Shown here piece after piece: positions 21,533 through 32,015 of a DNA stretch of 64,000 nt. A program made the translations under genes and the position numbers. Source of the DNA: Candidatus Omnitrophota bacterium (lineage in GTDB: Bacteria; Omnitrophota; Omnitrophia; Omnitrophales; Aquincolibacteriaceae); contig CAIOAT010000047.1 of the NCBI GenBank assembly GCA_903856085.1, positions 20,634 through 84,633 on the forward strand. The letters are read 5' to 3'. Positions within the stretch are counted from its first letter, which is position 1. Every line of letters begins with the position of its first letter. The notes under the pieces are model-generated. The model was not told where the DNA came from. It saw only the letters and a list, made by a program, of their open reading frames with translations, and did not search any database.

Positions 21533-24500
21533 ATGCGCCTTAAAAAACTTGAGCTTCTAGGTTTCAAATCCTTCGCCGAAAAAACCGAGGTTGCCTTTGA
21601 CCAAGGGGTCACTTGCATCGTCGGTCCTAACGGTTGTGGTAAGAGCAATGTCTCTGACGCTATCCGTTGGGTTCTGGGCGAGCGTAGCGCTAAACTTTTG
21701 CGCGGCTCGACCATGGAAGATGTTATCTTCAACGGAACTGAAGTCCGAAAACCCCTTGCTTTTGCCGAAGTCTCCCTCACGATCGATAATGCGGACCGTG
21801 GCATGCCGATCGAATATAACGAAGTCACGCTCACGCGTCGTCTTTACCGCACCGGCGAAAGTGAATATCTTCTCAACAAGACTCAATGCCGCCTCAAAGA
21901 TATCCAGGATCTGATCCTCGACACCGGAATAGGATCATCTTCTTATTCTATGATCGAACAGGGAAGGATCGACTACATCCTCAAGGCTGACCCCGAAGAA
22001 CGCCGTTTCCTCATTGAAGAAGCTGCGGGTATTGCCAAGTATAAGGTCAAGAAGGACGAATCGATTCGCAAGCTCGAACGCACGGAAGAGAATTTGAAAC
22101 GGCTTCAGGATATTGTTTTCGAAGTTCAAAAAAATATTCAGTACGCCGAGCGTCAGGCTAAACGCGCTGAACGTTACAAGCTCGAGCTCGAACGCCTTAA
22201 AACGCTTGAGATTAAACGCGCTTTTCATGACCAGCGTCAGATCGAGCAAAAAAAACTCGACCTCACACAAAGCTTCCAGTCCAAAAAAGACGAACTCACG
22301 TCTCTTGAGTTAACACTCCAAGCACAGCATCAAACGATCGAGGATCAAGAAACCCGTGTTCGAGGGATTGGTCAGCGCTGCCATGTTAAAGAGGGCGAGC
22401 GCTATCAGGCCCTTGCGCAGATTGAGACGAACGATCAAAAACTCCAATTTATCCGGGACAAACGCGTGGAGCTTGCCCAACAGCGTGGCCAGTTACTTCA
22501 AGAGCAGGCCCAGTTGCGCCAAGCGATCGAAGCTGCTGCCACTCAAAAAAATGAGCTTCAGAAACTTCTAAAAACCCGGGAAAGTGAAAGCTCCCAGGTT
22601 CAAACGCGCCTCGCGGAAGTTACGCAGGAACTTCAGCGACAGGAGTCTCTGATCCAGGAAGCCAAGAGCGCCCTTGAAACAGCCCGAAGAGAATTTTTTG
22701 AAGCTGCTCAAATCACGACCCAAGCCCGCAACGAATTCCACCGCACCAAAGCCCTCGGTGAGAATTTAGAATCGCAGCATCGCCGGGAACAAGCTAATTC
22801 AAGCCGTCTTGCCGAGCAAATCGCGGCTTGGAATGAAAAATCGAAACTTTGTCTTCAGTCGCTTGAGCGTACGAACTCCGAGCTTCAGAATACCCTGAGC
22901 GGTCATCAGGGGCTTCGGGCCACCACCCATGCTTTTGAGCATGAGCTCGCAGAGCTCCGTAAACAGGCGCATGAGACTCGACTTGCGCTTCGTGAAAAGG
23001 AATCCCGGCTTCACACGCTCACGGAGATGGAAGGTGTGAGTTCCAACGCATTCCAGGAATTTCTAACCGAGGCGACGCAACAGGTTCCGGGGCTTGTCCG
23101 GAGTCTTCAGGAAGTCGTGAAAGTTCAAGAAGGCTATGAGTGGGCCATCGATGTGGCTCTGGGGCAATTCGCTAGATCCCTGGTTGCTGGAGACGTAGCG
23201 ACCGCCCGGACACTCGTAGAACGATTGAATGCCAAGCATTCCCTTGCTACCGGGATATTTCTTAAAGCTCAAACTCCATTCTCTCCAGAAGCCTCCCAGC
23301 ACTACGCGTCTTTTGGATTTCGCCCCCTTGCCGACTTTGTTCAGATTGAATCTGGATTTGAAGGAATTTTTGGAAATGTTTTTATCAGCGAAACATTTCC
23401 GCTCCATCAGCTGGAGGAGCTCCTCGCAGCGTCCATTCCAGCCAATCTTGTTTCGCGTGACGGTCTTTTCTTGAGTTCTGACCGCAGACTCTTTTTTTGG
23501 AACGATCAGAGTCGCTCTCAGTTCTTTTTTTCACGAGATTCTGAAACATCGAAGATCCGCGGCGAAATCGTAACGCTCACGTCGGAAGCGCAAGAAAAAG
23601 AAATGAAGATTGGTTACCTTGAAGCCGAACTCGTGACCTTGCGTGCCCAAGGAACTGAAGTAGACGAACAGAAAACGTCGACCCTTGTTGAAAAAGAATC
23701 GCTCGAGAGTGAGAAGAAGAACATTGAAGAGCGTCTTCTGGGGTTTAAATCCGAAAAAGAATTGTCCGTTTCTGAGATCCGTGATCTGGAACAAGAGACC
23801 GAGCAGGTTCGAGTCACTCTCGAACAAGTTCAGACGTCTCTGACTCAAAGGGAACAGGAAGAATCAAGGTTTGGGGAGATCCAGCACCAGAAGGAGAAAG
23901 ACCTAGAGCAGAACACAATCGCCCGTGAAGAAGTCCTGAACGTGGTCCGGCAATGCCAGACGCAGGCCGAGCAATTCCAACAGGGAATGCGACACCTTGA
24001 GGAATCCTTGAGACTTGTCGGAGAGCACGCCCAAAAAGACCAGGAGAGGGAAGCCTTTCTTGAACAGGGGAAAGAACGCATCGCATCAAAAGAACAGGAG
24101 TTGGACCAGGAGGAGGTTGTGTGCGTCCGTCTTGCCGAGGAACACCAGCAGCGGCTGCATGCCGTAGATGTTGATCTTGAATTGCTACGCAAAGATCAGC
24201 GGGAGCAGGAAGAACTGCTGACGGGGCAGCGTCACTCTTTGGATCAACTGATTCACTCTCAAAAGGTTCTGCAGGAAGAAGAGCACCATATCTCACTCCA
24301 GCAGATGGACCTCGACTATCAGCTCAAGAATGTGGGGGAACGGCTCCTGCAGCGCTACCGGCTGAATCTTTCAGAACTTAATTCGCAGGATTTTGTTTTT
24401 ACGGAAGAAGAATTATCCTCCGCCGCGGAGACGATCACGGCGCTTCAAACGAAGGTCGATTCCCTTGGTACGGTCAACCTCCTCGCCATCGAGGAATACC

Positions 24501-25159
24501 AGGAATTGAAAACGCGCTACGATTTTCTTTTAGCCCAGCAAAAGGACCTCGACGATGCGCGGAATTCTCTCATGGAAGCCATTCGCAAGATCAATCAAAC
24601 CACCAAACAGCTTTTCGAGGATACCTTCAAGCAGGTTCAGGAAACCTTCAAACAATATTACCAGATACTTTTCCGCGGCGGTGAAGCGCGGATCTTCCTG
24701 ATCGACGAAGCGCATCCCCTCGAATCGGGGATTGATATTGTCGTGCGCCCTCCTGGAAAGAAGTTGCAGAATATGTCGCTGCTTTCAGGAGGAGAGAAGG
24801 CCTTGACCGCTGTGGCACTTCTTTTTGCGCTTTTTAAGATCAAGCCGTCGCCTTTCTGTCTTTTGGATGAGATTGATGCCCCTCTCGACGAAGCTAATAT
24901 TGACCGCTTCTTGGCGGTGCTCAACACGTTCATTGAGCAATCGCAATTCATCATTATCACGCATAACCGTAAGACTATCGCCATGGGGGATTCTCTCTAC
25001 GGTGTTACCATGGAAGAACCCGGCATCTCCAAGATCGTCTCTGTCAAAGTGCGTTCCGGCGATGAATCCCTGCCCGGCGAAGATCTTCACCCGAAAGTTG
25101 CCGCCGAGGTCGAGGCCGATGCTTCGGCCGCCGAACCTACGGATACCGTCAGCGCTTGA
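21533..25159 (+). CDS. smc: Chromosome segregation protein SMC
   Basis: 'GFKSF', Walker A 'GPNGCGKSN', long coiled coils, hinge, 'LSGGE', 'LLDEIDAPLD', 'ITH'. Confidence 0.96.
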   Translation: MRLKKLELLGFKSFAEKTEVAFDQGVTCIVGPNGCGKSNVSDAIRWVLGERSAKLLRGSTMEDVIFNGTEVRKPLAFAEVSLTIDNADRGMPIEYNEVTLTRRLYRTGESEYLLNKTQCRLKDIQDLILDTGIGSSSYSMIEQGRIDYILKADPEERRFLIEEAAGIAKYKVKKDESIRKLERTEENLKRLQDIVFEVQKNIQYAERQAKRAERYKLELERLKTLEIKRAFHDQRQIEQKKLDLTQSFQSKKDELTSLELTLQAQHQTIEDQETRVRGIGQRCHVKEGERYQALAQIETNDQKLQFIRDKRVELAQQRGQLLQEQAQLRQAIEAAATQKNELQKLLKTRESESSQVQTRLAEVTQELQRQESLIQEAKSALETARREFFEAAQITTQARNEFHRTKALGENLESQHRREQANSSRLAEQIAAWNEKSKLCLQSLERTNSELQNTLSGHQGLRATTHAFEHELAELRKQAHETRLALREKESRLHTLTEMEGVSSNAFQEFLTEATQQVPGLVRSLQEVVKVQEGYEWAIDVALGQFARSLVAGDVATARTLVERLNAKHSLATGIFLKAQTPFSPEASQHYASFGFRPLADFVQIESGFEGIFGNVFISETFPLHQLEELLAASIPANLVSRDGLFLSSDRRLFFWNDQSRSQFFFSRDSETSKIRGEIVTLTSEAQEKEMKIGYLEAELVTLRAQGTEVDEQKTSTLVEKESLESEKKNIEERLLGFKSEKELSVSEIRDLEQETEQVRVTLEQVQTSLTQREQEESRFGEIQHQKEKDLEQNTIAREEVLNVVRQCQTQAEQFQQGMRHLEESLRLVGEHAQKDQEREAFLEQGKERIASKEQELDQEEVVCVRLAEEHQQRLHAVDVDLELLRKDQREQEELLTGQRHSLDQLIHSQKVLQEEEHHISLQQMDLDYQLKNVGERLLQRYRLNLSELNSQDFVFTEEELSSAAETITALQTKVDSLGTVNLLAIEEYQELKTRYDFLLAQQKDLDDARNSLMEAIRKINQTTKQLFEDTFKQVQETFKQYYQILFRGGEARIFLIDEAHPLESGIDIVVRPPGKKLQNMSLLSGGEKALTAVALLFALFKIKPSPFCLLDEIDAPLDEANIDRFLAVLNTFIEQSQFIIITHNRKTIAMGDSLYGVTMEEPGISKIVSVKVRSGDESLPGEDLHPKVAAEVEADASAAEPTDTVSA

Positions 25160-25692
25160 GCATTCCGAATTACCTAACCCTTTTCCGAATCCTTCTCACC
25201 CCAGTTTTTTTTATTTCACTTGTTTCTTACACTCCGGAAAAAGAAGGTTTTCGCCTCATCGCCCTCGCGATCTTCGTGGTCGCCGCCCTGACCGACGCGC
25301 TCGACGGACTTTTAGCCCGGTTCCTGAAACAACGAACAGCGTTGGGACAAATGTTGGATCCTCTTGCGGACAAAATACTCCTCGTGAGTGCTTTTATAGG
25401 CCTTCTTTTTGTGCCCACGCTTCCTTTTCGTCCGCCACTTTGGATCACGATCACAATTATCTTTCGCGACATGATCCTTCTCTTTGGCTTTCTCACCCTG
25501 AACTTTGCCGCCGTGAAGATTGAGGTGCAACCCAACCTCTGGGGAAAACTAACGACCGTATCCCAAATGCTCCTTTTATGTTTCATCCTCCTCGAATGGC
25601 CGGTTGCAATCCCGCTGGCATTTCTCACGGTGACATTCACAATCGTCTCAGGCATCATCTACATCACGCGGGGGTTAAAGTTTCTCCAATGA
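25156..25692 (+). CDS. pgsA: CDP-alcohol phosphatidyltransferase (PgsA-like)
   Basis: 'PNYLT..R', 'DALDGLLAR...GQMLDPLADK', multiple TM segments. Confidence 0.85.
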   Translation: MSIPNYLTLFRILLTPVFFISLVSYTPEKEGFRLIALAIFVVAALTDALDGLLARFLKQRTALGQMLDPLADKILLVSAFIGLLFVPTLPFRPPLWITITIIFRDMILLFGFLTLNFAAVKIEVQPNLWGKLTTVSQMLLLCFILLEWPVAIPLAFLTVTFTIVSGIIYITRGLKFLQ

Positions 25693-26300
25693 ACAACCTT
25701 TTCTTGTCCGCTTTCTTTATTCTCGCGGCTTATCTCCTAGGCTCTGTTCCATTCGGTCTCATCGCCGGGCTCAAAGTGAAAGGCCTGGATATCCGGGAGC
25801 ATGGCAGCAAGAATATCGGCGCAACTAACGTTTTCCGCGTAGTTGGGAAAAAGTGGGGGATCTTGGTCCTTTTTCTAGACGTCCTCAAAGGTTATATGGC
25901 CTGCATTCTTCCGGCTTTATTCGGCAAAAGTTTTGCTCTCCCGTTCCAATTGCTTCTGGGTATTAGCGCCATTCTGGGACATAGCTTCCCGGTCTGGCTC
26001 AAGTTTAAGGGCGGGAAGGGTGTGGCGACCTCGCTTGGAGTGTTCCTGGCTATCGCCTGGCTTCCGACGCTTATCACGTTCGGCCTCTGGATCCTTTGCT
26101 TCACGGTCACCCACATCATCTCATTTTCTTCGCTTGTGGCCGCCGTGGTTTTCCCAATCATGATCGCCTGGCGCTATGCAGGCACCCCTGGGTTCCGATT
26201 TCTTCTGCCTATCAGCATCATTTTGACCGTTTTTATCCTCTATACCCACCGCGCCAACATCCAACGCCTCCGTCAAGGGATCGAAAAAAAGCTTTTTTGA
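25689..26300 (+). CDS. plsY: Glycerol-3-phosphate acyltransferase PlsY
   Basis: 'YLLGSVP', 'HGSKNIGATN', 'FKGGKGVAT', 'HRANIQRL'. Confidence 0.96.
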   Translation: MNNLFLSAFFILAAYLLGSVPFGLIAGLKVKGLDIREHGSKNIGATNVFRVVGKKWGILVLFLDVLKGYMACILPALFGKSFALPFQLLLGISAILGHSFPVWLKFKGGKGVATSLGVFLAIAWLPTLITFGLWILCFTVTHIISFSSLVAAVVFPIMIAWRYAGTPGFRFLLPISIILTVFILYTHRANIQRLRQGIEKKLF

Positions 26301-26336
26301 CTTTCTTCTTGACAATCACTTATAATCATATATTAT
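26297..26336 (+). promoter_or_regulatory. Overlapping sigma70-like promoters upstream of recA
   Basis: TTGACT(26297)-18-TATAAT(26321) and TTGACA(26309)-16-TATTAT(26331). Confidence 0.55.
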
Positions 26337-26445
26337 TTCCAAAAAGATAATATTCTATAGCGTCGCATTCGCGTAAATTGTCTTTACAGGAGAAGGGCGG
26401 CCCGATAGAATTTTGAAACTAAAGTCTTTCTAAAGGAGAAAAATT

Positions 26446-27525
26446 ATGAGCGCTCGAAAAGCATCAGAGAAATCTACCGCAGCGGAAGTCAAAAAATCCA
26501 CGGACAAACAGAAAGCCCTCGAACTCACGCTGCAGCAGATCGAAAAACAGTTCGGTAAAGGGTCTATCATGAAACTCGGCGACCAGCATCACGAAAATAT
26601 CGCCGCGCTTGCCACGGGAGCCCTGAGTCTTGATATCGCTACGGGGATTGGCGGCATCCCGCGCGGCCGCATCGTGGAGATCTTTGGCCCTGAGTCGAGC
26701 GGCAAAACAACTCTCACGCTCAATATTATCGCCCGACTTCAATCGACAGGCGGGGTTGCGGCTTTCATTGATGCAGAACATGCCTTGGATCCTCAGTACG
26801 CCCAGAAGATCGGCGTCAAGGTTGATGAACTGCTGATTTCACAACCCGATTCCGGAGAGCAAGCGCTCCAGATCGCGGAGATGCTCGTTCGCTCGAATTC
26901 TGTCGACCTTATTGTCGTTGATTCTGTGGCAGCGCTCGTTCCGCGCGCAGAGATCGAAGGCGACATGGGGCAGGCGCAAATGGGGCTTCAGGCGCGCTTG
27001 ATGTCTCAAGCTATGAGGAAACTCACAGCCATTATCAGCAAATCCAAAACCTGCATCGTTTTCATTAATCAGTTGCGGGAGAAGATCGGAGTTATGTTCG
27101 GAAACCCTGAGACGACGCCCGGCGGCAAGGCGCTTAAGTTCTACGCCTCTATGCGATTGGACATCCGCAGGGTCGCGAGTCTAAAAAAAGGCGACGCGAT
27201 TGTTGGGAACCGTGTACGCGTTAAAGTCGTCAAGAACAAGGTCGCGGCACCTTTCCGTCAGGCGGAATTCGACATCTTGTTTGATGAAGGCATTTCGCGC
27301 TCTTCAAACGTTGTGGAGCTCGGCACCCAATATCAGGTCATCGATAAGTCCGGGACCTGGTTTGCGTATAACGATCAGAAACTCGGTCAAGGTAAGGATG
27401 CCGCACGAATTTTCCTGAAAGACAATAAGAAGCTTCTCGAAGAGATCGAACTGAAGATCCTGGAGAAAGTTGCTGCCGGAGAAAGCTCTGTCGTGGGCGA
27501 AGTCGTCGGCGCGGTCGCCGAATAA
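26446..27525 (+). CDS. recA: Recombinase A
   Basis: '[12 protein letters not shown]', 'DAEHALD', 'VDSVAAL', '[12 protein letters not shown]'. Confidence 0.99.
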   Translation: MSARKASEKSTAAEVKKSTDKQKALELTLQQIEKQFGKGSIMKLGDQHHENIAALATGALSLDIATGIGGIPRGRIVEIFGPESSGKTTLTLNIIARLQSTGGVAAFIDAEHALDPQYAQKIGVKVDELLISQPDSGEQALQIAEMLVRSNSVDLIVVDSVAALVPRAEIEGDMGQAQMGLQARLMSQAMRKLTAIISKSKTCIVFINQLREKIGVMFGNPETTPGGKALKFYASMRLDIRRVASLKKGDAIVGNRVRVKVVKNKVAAPFRQAEFDILFDEGISRSSNVVELGTQYQVIDKSGTWFAYNDQKLGQGKDAARIFLKDNKKLLEEIELKILEKVAAGESSVVGEVVGAVAE

Positions 27526-27532
27526 TCCTCAC

Positions 27533-27563
27533 CCGTACCGGTTTCTATGGGGTAACGGTACGG
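27533..27563 (+). terminator. Hairpin between recA and recX (possible attenuator or terminator)
   Basis: ccgtaccg (27533-27540) / cggtacgg (27556-27563) inverted repeat; no U-tract. Confidence 0.4.
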
Positions 27564-27626
27564 CGCCGCGAACCGCTCTAGCTAATATTTATGGAGTTCC
27601 AGGTGCGTGCCGTCCTTTCTTAATCT

Positions 27627-28124
27627 ATGGATAAAACGCTGGAAGAAGAACAGACCAAGCAGGCGCTCATCACCTGCCTGAGGTTGCTCGCCGCCAGTCC
27701 AAAAAGCGGTCAGGAATTAAAAAAGAAGCTCGCTGACAAAGGCTACTCCGTCGCGATCATTGATCAAGCGCTCAATAATCTCAGGACCCAAGGCGTTCTG
27801 GATGATACGCTATACGCCAAAGATTTGGTGGCTCGGCTCACTCTCGGGAAAGCCGCGGGCCGCCACAAGATAGCGTTTGAATTGAAACGCCATGGGCTTT
27901 CGAAAAAGATCAGCGATGAACTTCTAGGAACGCTATCGAACGAGGATGAAGCTGAACGCGCGCTTGAGCTGGCCCGTCTAAAATGGGCCGGCTGGGGCAA
28001 AGTGGATCTGCAAAAACGCAAGAAGCGGCTTTATGATTTTCTAATACGGAAAGGATATGATTTTCAGGTCGTGCAAGACGTCCTTCAAAAGCTCTTGAAG
28101 GGGTCAGGGGACGACGAGATCTGA
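27627..28124 (+). CDS. recX: Regulatory protein RecX
   Basis: Directly downstream of recA; 'ELKKKL..KGY', 'LDDTLYA', 'ELKRHGL', 'FLIRKGY'. Confidence 0.9.
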   Translation: MDKTLEEEQTKQALITCLRLLAASPKSGQELKKKLADKGYSVAIIDQALNNLRTQGVLDDTLYAKDLVARLTLGKAAGRHKIAFELKRHGLSKKISDELLGTLSNEDEAERALELARLKWAGWGKVDLQKRKKRLYDFLIRKGYDFQVVQDVLQKLLKGSGDDEI

Positions 28125-28130
28125 CGCTTT

Positions 28131-30749
28131 ATGAAAACAGCCACGAACGATCTTCGGAAAGCTTACCTGGAATTTTTTAAATCCAAAGGCCACAGCGTAG
28201 TCGCAAGCGATTCCCTGGTACCCCAAAACGACCCCTCCTTGCTATTCACCGGGGCGGGGATGAATCAATTCAAGGAATACTTCCTTGGGGTCAAAAAGGA
28301 CCTTAAAAGGGCCACAACAAGCCAAAAATGCCTTAGGACGGGCGATCTTGACGAGGTGGGGCGTACACCCTTTCACCACTCGTTTTTCGAGATGCTGGGC
28401 AATTTCTCGTTCGGCGATTACTTCAAAAAAGAGGCCATCGTATGGGCCTGGGAATTTCTGACCCAAACACTTTCTATTCCCAAGGAGCGGCTCCGGATCA
28501 CCGTCCACGAGAAGGACACCGAGGCCTTTGAAATATGGCACAAGGTGATCGGGCTACCCCAAGAGTGGATTTTTCTGTGTGGGGACAAATCGAATTTCTG
28601 GCCCGCGAATGCGCCCCAGGATGGTCCGAACGGTCCTTGCGGCCCCTGTTCCGAGATCTACTTTGACCAACATCCGGAGATTCAGGGAACCCCGATCGAT
28701 GATTCCGGAAAATTCGCAGAGATTTGGAATCTTGTTTTTACACAGTATGACCGTCAGGACGGCGGCAAGCTCATTCCTCTCGCAAATAAGAATATCGACA
28801 CCGGCATGGGACTTGAACGTCTCGCGTGTGTTCTCCAGGGGAAGGCCTCCAACTTCGAGATCGATATCTTTCAGCCTATCCACGAATCCATTCTTAAGGC
28901 TCTAGGTCTCGATCCTGAAAAGGTTCAAACCAAACAACTTTACACGATCTCGGATCATTTACGGGCGGCCGTTTTTTCCATTGCCGATGGCGTTGTTCCA
29001 TCGAATGAAGGCCGTGGATATGTAATTCGGAAACTGATCCGCCGTGCGATTTGGCAGGCGCATCAATTAATGCCACAGCAAAGACTGGCTCAACCTTTTC
29101 TTTTCAACGCTGTCGCGTCAGTCATCGCGGCCATGGGAGAGGCCTATCCCGAGCTTCGGGAAGCAGAAGAAAGCATACGCATGGTTCTCTCCCAGGAAGA
29201 AGGGCGGTTCCTCCGTGCGTTGGAGGACGGGCTTCGCATGCTCAAAATGCAACTTATAAATTATAAAAAAGGTGGTTCAAAAACTGTCCCGGCCGAAACT
29301 GTCTTCGAACTTTATGATACTTTCGGGTTCCCGGAAGAATTGACCTGTGCCATTGCAAAAGCGGAAGGATTTGCAATCGACCATAAGGGGTTTGAGAAGC
29401 TTATGGAGGATCAACGCGCACGTTCCAAAGAAGGCAGCAAGATCACCGCCGAAATTTTCGCCTCATCGGGGCTCGACAAAATCCCGGCCAATATCCCGGC
29501 CACCACATTTTGCGGCTATGACGCACTTCAGACAAAATCTAAGATTCTCTGGCATCAGAACGAAGGAAAACAAGCGACCGTCATTCTTGACCAAACATCT
29601 TTCTATGCGGAAAGCGGCGGGCAGGTTGGAGATCAAGGTGTGATCGAAGGAGAAGGACTCAAGCTTAAAGTGCTGGATACGAAAAAACTCGACAAGTATT
29701 TTTTACATCATGTTGAGGTGCTTCAAGGTGTCATCAAAGACGGTTTGGCCGTAAGCGTCGCCGTTAATAGGGCGCTCCGTGAGGACATTATGCGTAATCA
29801 CACCGCCACGCATCTTTTGCACGCAGCGCTACGGACCACGCTCGGAAGTTCCGTGCGCCAACTCGGATCGCTTGTTGCGCCCGACCGTCTGCGCTTTGAT
29901 TTTTCATTTGGTCGTGCCGTGACGCCTGAAGAACTCCGTACGATCGAGAAAGCGGCAAATGATCAGATTCTAAGTGATCGTCCGGTCCAAAAAGAATCTA
30001 AAAGCCTGGAAGATGCCAAAAAAGAAGGCGCTTTGGCTTTCTTTGGCGACAAATACGGGGATAAAGTCCGTATGATCAGCATTCCAGAGTTTAGTAAAGA
30101 GCTCTGCGGGGGAACTCATTGCGATCGAACAGGACAGATCGGCCTTCTGATTGTCACTGGTGAATCGTCGGTGGCGAGCGGCGTTCGCCGTATTGAAGCT
30201 GTTACCGGAACTCACGCCCTAAACTACGTCCGAAACTTGCAGGATCAAATCTCCGGAATTGCCAAGATATTGAAAGTCGGAACGGCGGATATCCCGGCCC
30301 GCATTGCGAAACTTATGGAAAATCTGAAGGCTCAGAAGAAAATCGGAGCGCAAGCTTCCGGGAATCTTGCAGATGTCAAAACGCTTCTTGGAAGTTCCAA
30401 AGAAGCCGGTTCATGCCGCATCGCCGTCGCAATGCTGGAGAATGCCGGAATTCCAGCGCTACGCGATCTTTCCAATAGACTCCGCGAAGAAGGACAAAAA
30501 CTGGTTTACGTGGTCGCTACATCTCAAGAGGAAAAGCTCCATGTGATCGTTGGTCTTAGCACGGACCTCCAGAAAACGCCCTTGGACATGAAGGCCCTTT
30601 TTGGTAGGCTATCCAAATTGCTGAACTTAAGCGGTGGCGGACGGTCGGATCTCGTGCAGGCGGGCGGACCCGATCAGGGGCAATTTGCGACTGCCAAAGC
30701 TGCGGTCGAAGAAGCCGTTGCAACTTATATAACGGAAAAGGGAATGTAA
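28131..30749 (+). CDS. alaS: Alanine--tRNA ligase
   Basis: 'AGMNQFK', 'FFEMLGNFS', 'IDTGMGLER', editing motifs 'HTATHLL' and 'ELCGGTH'. Confidence 0.98.
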   Translation: MKTATNDLRKAYLEFFKSKGHSVVASDSLVPQNDPSLLFTGAGMNQFKEYFLGVKKDLKRATTSQKCLRTGDLDEVGRTPFHHSFFEMLGNFSFGDYFKKEAIVWAWEFLTQTLSIPKERLRITVHEKDTEAFEIWHKVIGLPQEWIFLCGDKSNFWPANAPQDGPNGPCGPCSEIYFDQHPEIQGTPIDDSGKFAEIWNLVFTQYDRQDGGKLIPLANKNIDTGMGLERLACVLQGKASNFEIDIFQPIHESILKALGLDPEKVQTKQLYTISDHLRAAVFSIADGVVPSNEGRGYVIRKLIRRAIWQAHQLMPQQRLAQPFLFNAVASVIAAMGEAYPELREAEESIRMVLSQEEGRFLRALEDGLRMLKMQLINYKKGGSKTVPAETVFELYDTFGFPEELTCAIAKAEGFAIDHKGFEKLMEDQRARSKEGSKITAEIFASSGLDKIPANIPATTFCGYDALQTKSKILWHQNEGKQATVILDQTSFYAESGGQVGDQGVIEGEGLKLKVLDTKKLDKYFLHHVEVLQGVIKDGLAVSVAVNRALREDIMRNHTATHLLHAALRTTLGSSVRQLGSLVAPDRLRFDFSFGRAVTPEELRTIEKAANDQILSDRPVQKESKSLEDAKKEGALAFFGDKYGDKVRMISIPEFSKELCGGTHCDRTGQIGLLIVTGESSVASGVRRIEAVTGTHALNYVRNLQDQISGIAKILKVGTADIPARIAKLMENLKAQKKIGAQASGNLADVKTLLGSSKEAGSCRIAVAMLENAGIPALRDLSNRLREEGQKLVYVVATSQEEKLHVIVGLSTDLQKTPLDMKALFGRLSKLLNLSGGGRSDLVQAGGPDQGQFATAKAAVEEAVATYITEKGM

Positions 30750-30752
30750 TTC

Positions 30753-32015
30753 ATGCAAGTGCTTAGTTGGGACAAACAAACTCAGAAAAAGATTCGGCGC
30801 GACTACGCCACGTTCTTCGATCCGACGATCTTTAAAAAGGTCACCCGCATTCTTTCCGAAGTGCGTCAGTCCGGGGATGCGGCACTTCGCCGCTACACCC
30901 GCGAATTCGACGGCATCGACCTTCCAATCAAACGGATTGCTGTCACTCAGGGAGATATCAACCGCGCGTTCGAGAAGATCCAGGTTCCGTTCGTGCCCCT
31001 TCTCAAGCAGATTACGGAGAATGTTCGCGAATATTACGAAAAAGAACTGAAAAAATCTTTTGAGATCACTGGTCCGAATGGCGTTCGTCTTGGGAAACGC
31101 TACGCGGCGCTGGATCGTGTGGGGATATATATTCCTGCAGGGACCGCTCCACTTGTTTCGACTGTCTACATGACCGTCATTCCCGCGATGGTTGCAGGCG
31201 TAAAACAGATCGCCATTGCCACGCCGCCACGGCGTGATACCGGAGATATTGATCCCCATATTTTGGCAGTTGCCAATCTCTTGGGTGTAAATGAAATTTA
31301 TCGCGTGGGCGGGGTTCAGGCTATCGGCGGACTCGCGTTCGGCACCAAAACCATCCCCAAGGTCGACAAGATCGTCGGCCCGGGCAATGCTTACGTCACA
31401 GAAGCCAAGCGACAGGTTTATGGCTTTGTGGATATTGACATGGTCGCCGGTCCGAGCGAAGTTGCCATTCTCGCTGACGCAACCGCGAATCCGGATTTTG
31501 TCACCTGCGATCTTCTCGCCCAGACTGAGCATCATGGCGGCATGGGGTATCTGATCACGAACTCTAAAAAATTGGTGGAAGTTATGCGTAAACGCGTGGA
31601 TTCTGGCATCATCATCCAGGTTAAATCCGTAGCGGAGGGCTGCGACGTTGCAAATGAGATCGCAGCCGAACACTTAGAGATCATGACAGAAGATCCCGAA
31701 AAAGTGGCGCAATCGATACGTCACGCCGGCGCGATCTTCCTCGGGCCTTATTCGCCGGCCGTGATCGGGGACTATATCGCAGGACCCAGCCATGTGCTCC
31801 CAACGGGCGGCACTGCGCGCTATTTTTCGCCCCTCAGCGCATCGACTTTCATCAAGAGTTCCCAGATCATCCGTTATACTCCCGAGGCGCTGGAGGCAGC
31901 AAAAGAGCATGTCCAGAAGCTGACAGACATGGAGGGCCTTTTTCTACACAGGATCTCCCTGGAAGCACGCCTTGTTAAGAAGAACGCAGAACCGGAAAAG
32001 GAGTCCAAATCATGA
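30753..32015 (+). CDS. hisD: Histidinol dehydrogenase
   Basis: 'GPGNAYV', 'DMVAGPSE', 'AEHLE', 'GDYIAGPSHVLPT'. Confidence 0.96.
   Translation: MQVLSWDKQTQKKIRRDYATFFDPTIFKKVTRILSEVRQSGDAALRRYTREFDGIDLPIKRIAVTQGDINRAFEKIQVPFVPLLKQITENVREYYEKELKKSFEITGPNGVRLGKRYAALDRVGIYIPAGTAPLVSTVYMTVIPAMVAGVKQIAIATPPRRDTGDIDPHILAVANLLGVNEIYRVGGVQAIGGLAFGTKTIPKVDKIVGPGNAYVTEAKRQVYGFVDIDMVAGPSEVAILADATANPDFVTCDLLAQTEHHGGMGYLITNSKKLVEVMRKRVDSGIIIQVKSVAEGCDVANEIAAEHLEIMTEDPEKVAQSIRHAGAIFLGPYSPAVIGDYIAGPSHVLPTGGTARYFSPLSASTFIKSSQIIRYTPEALEAAKEHVQKLTDMEGLFLHRISLEARLVKKNAEPEKESKS

Noticed and set aside
30627-31673. 348-aa antisense ORF over hisD; likewise 1459-2574, 9739-10713, 13397-14149, 42567-43292, 47289-48383
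   Set aside because: Each fully overlaps a well-conserved + strand gene and has no motifs; explained by codon bias.
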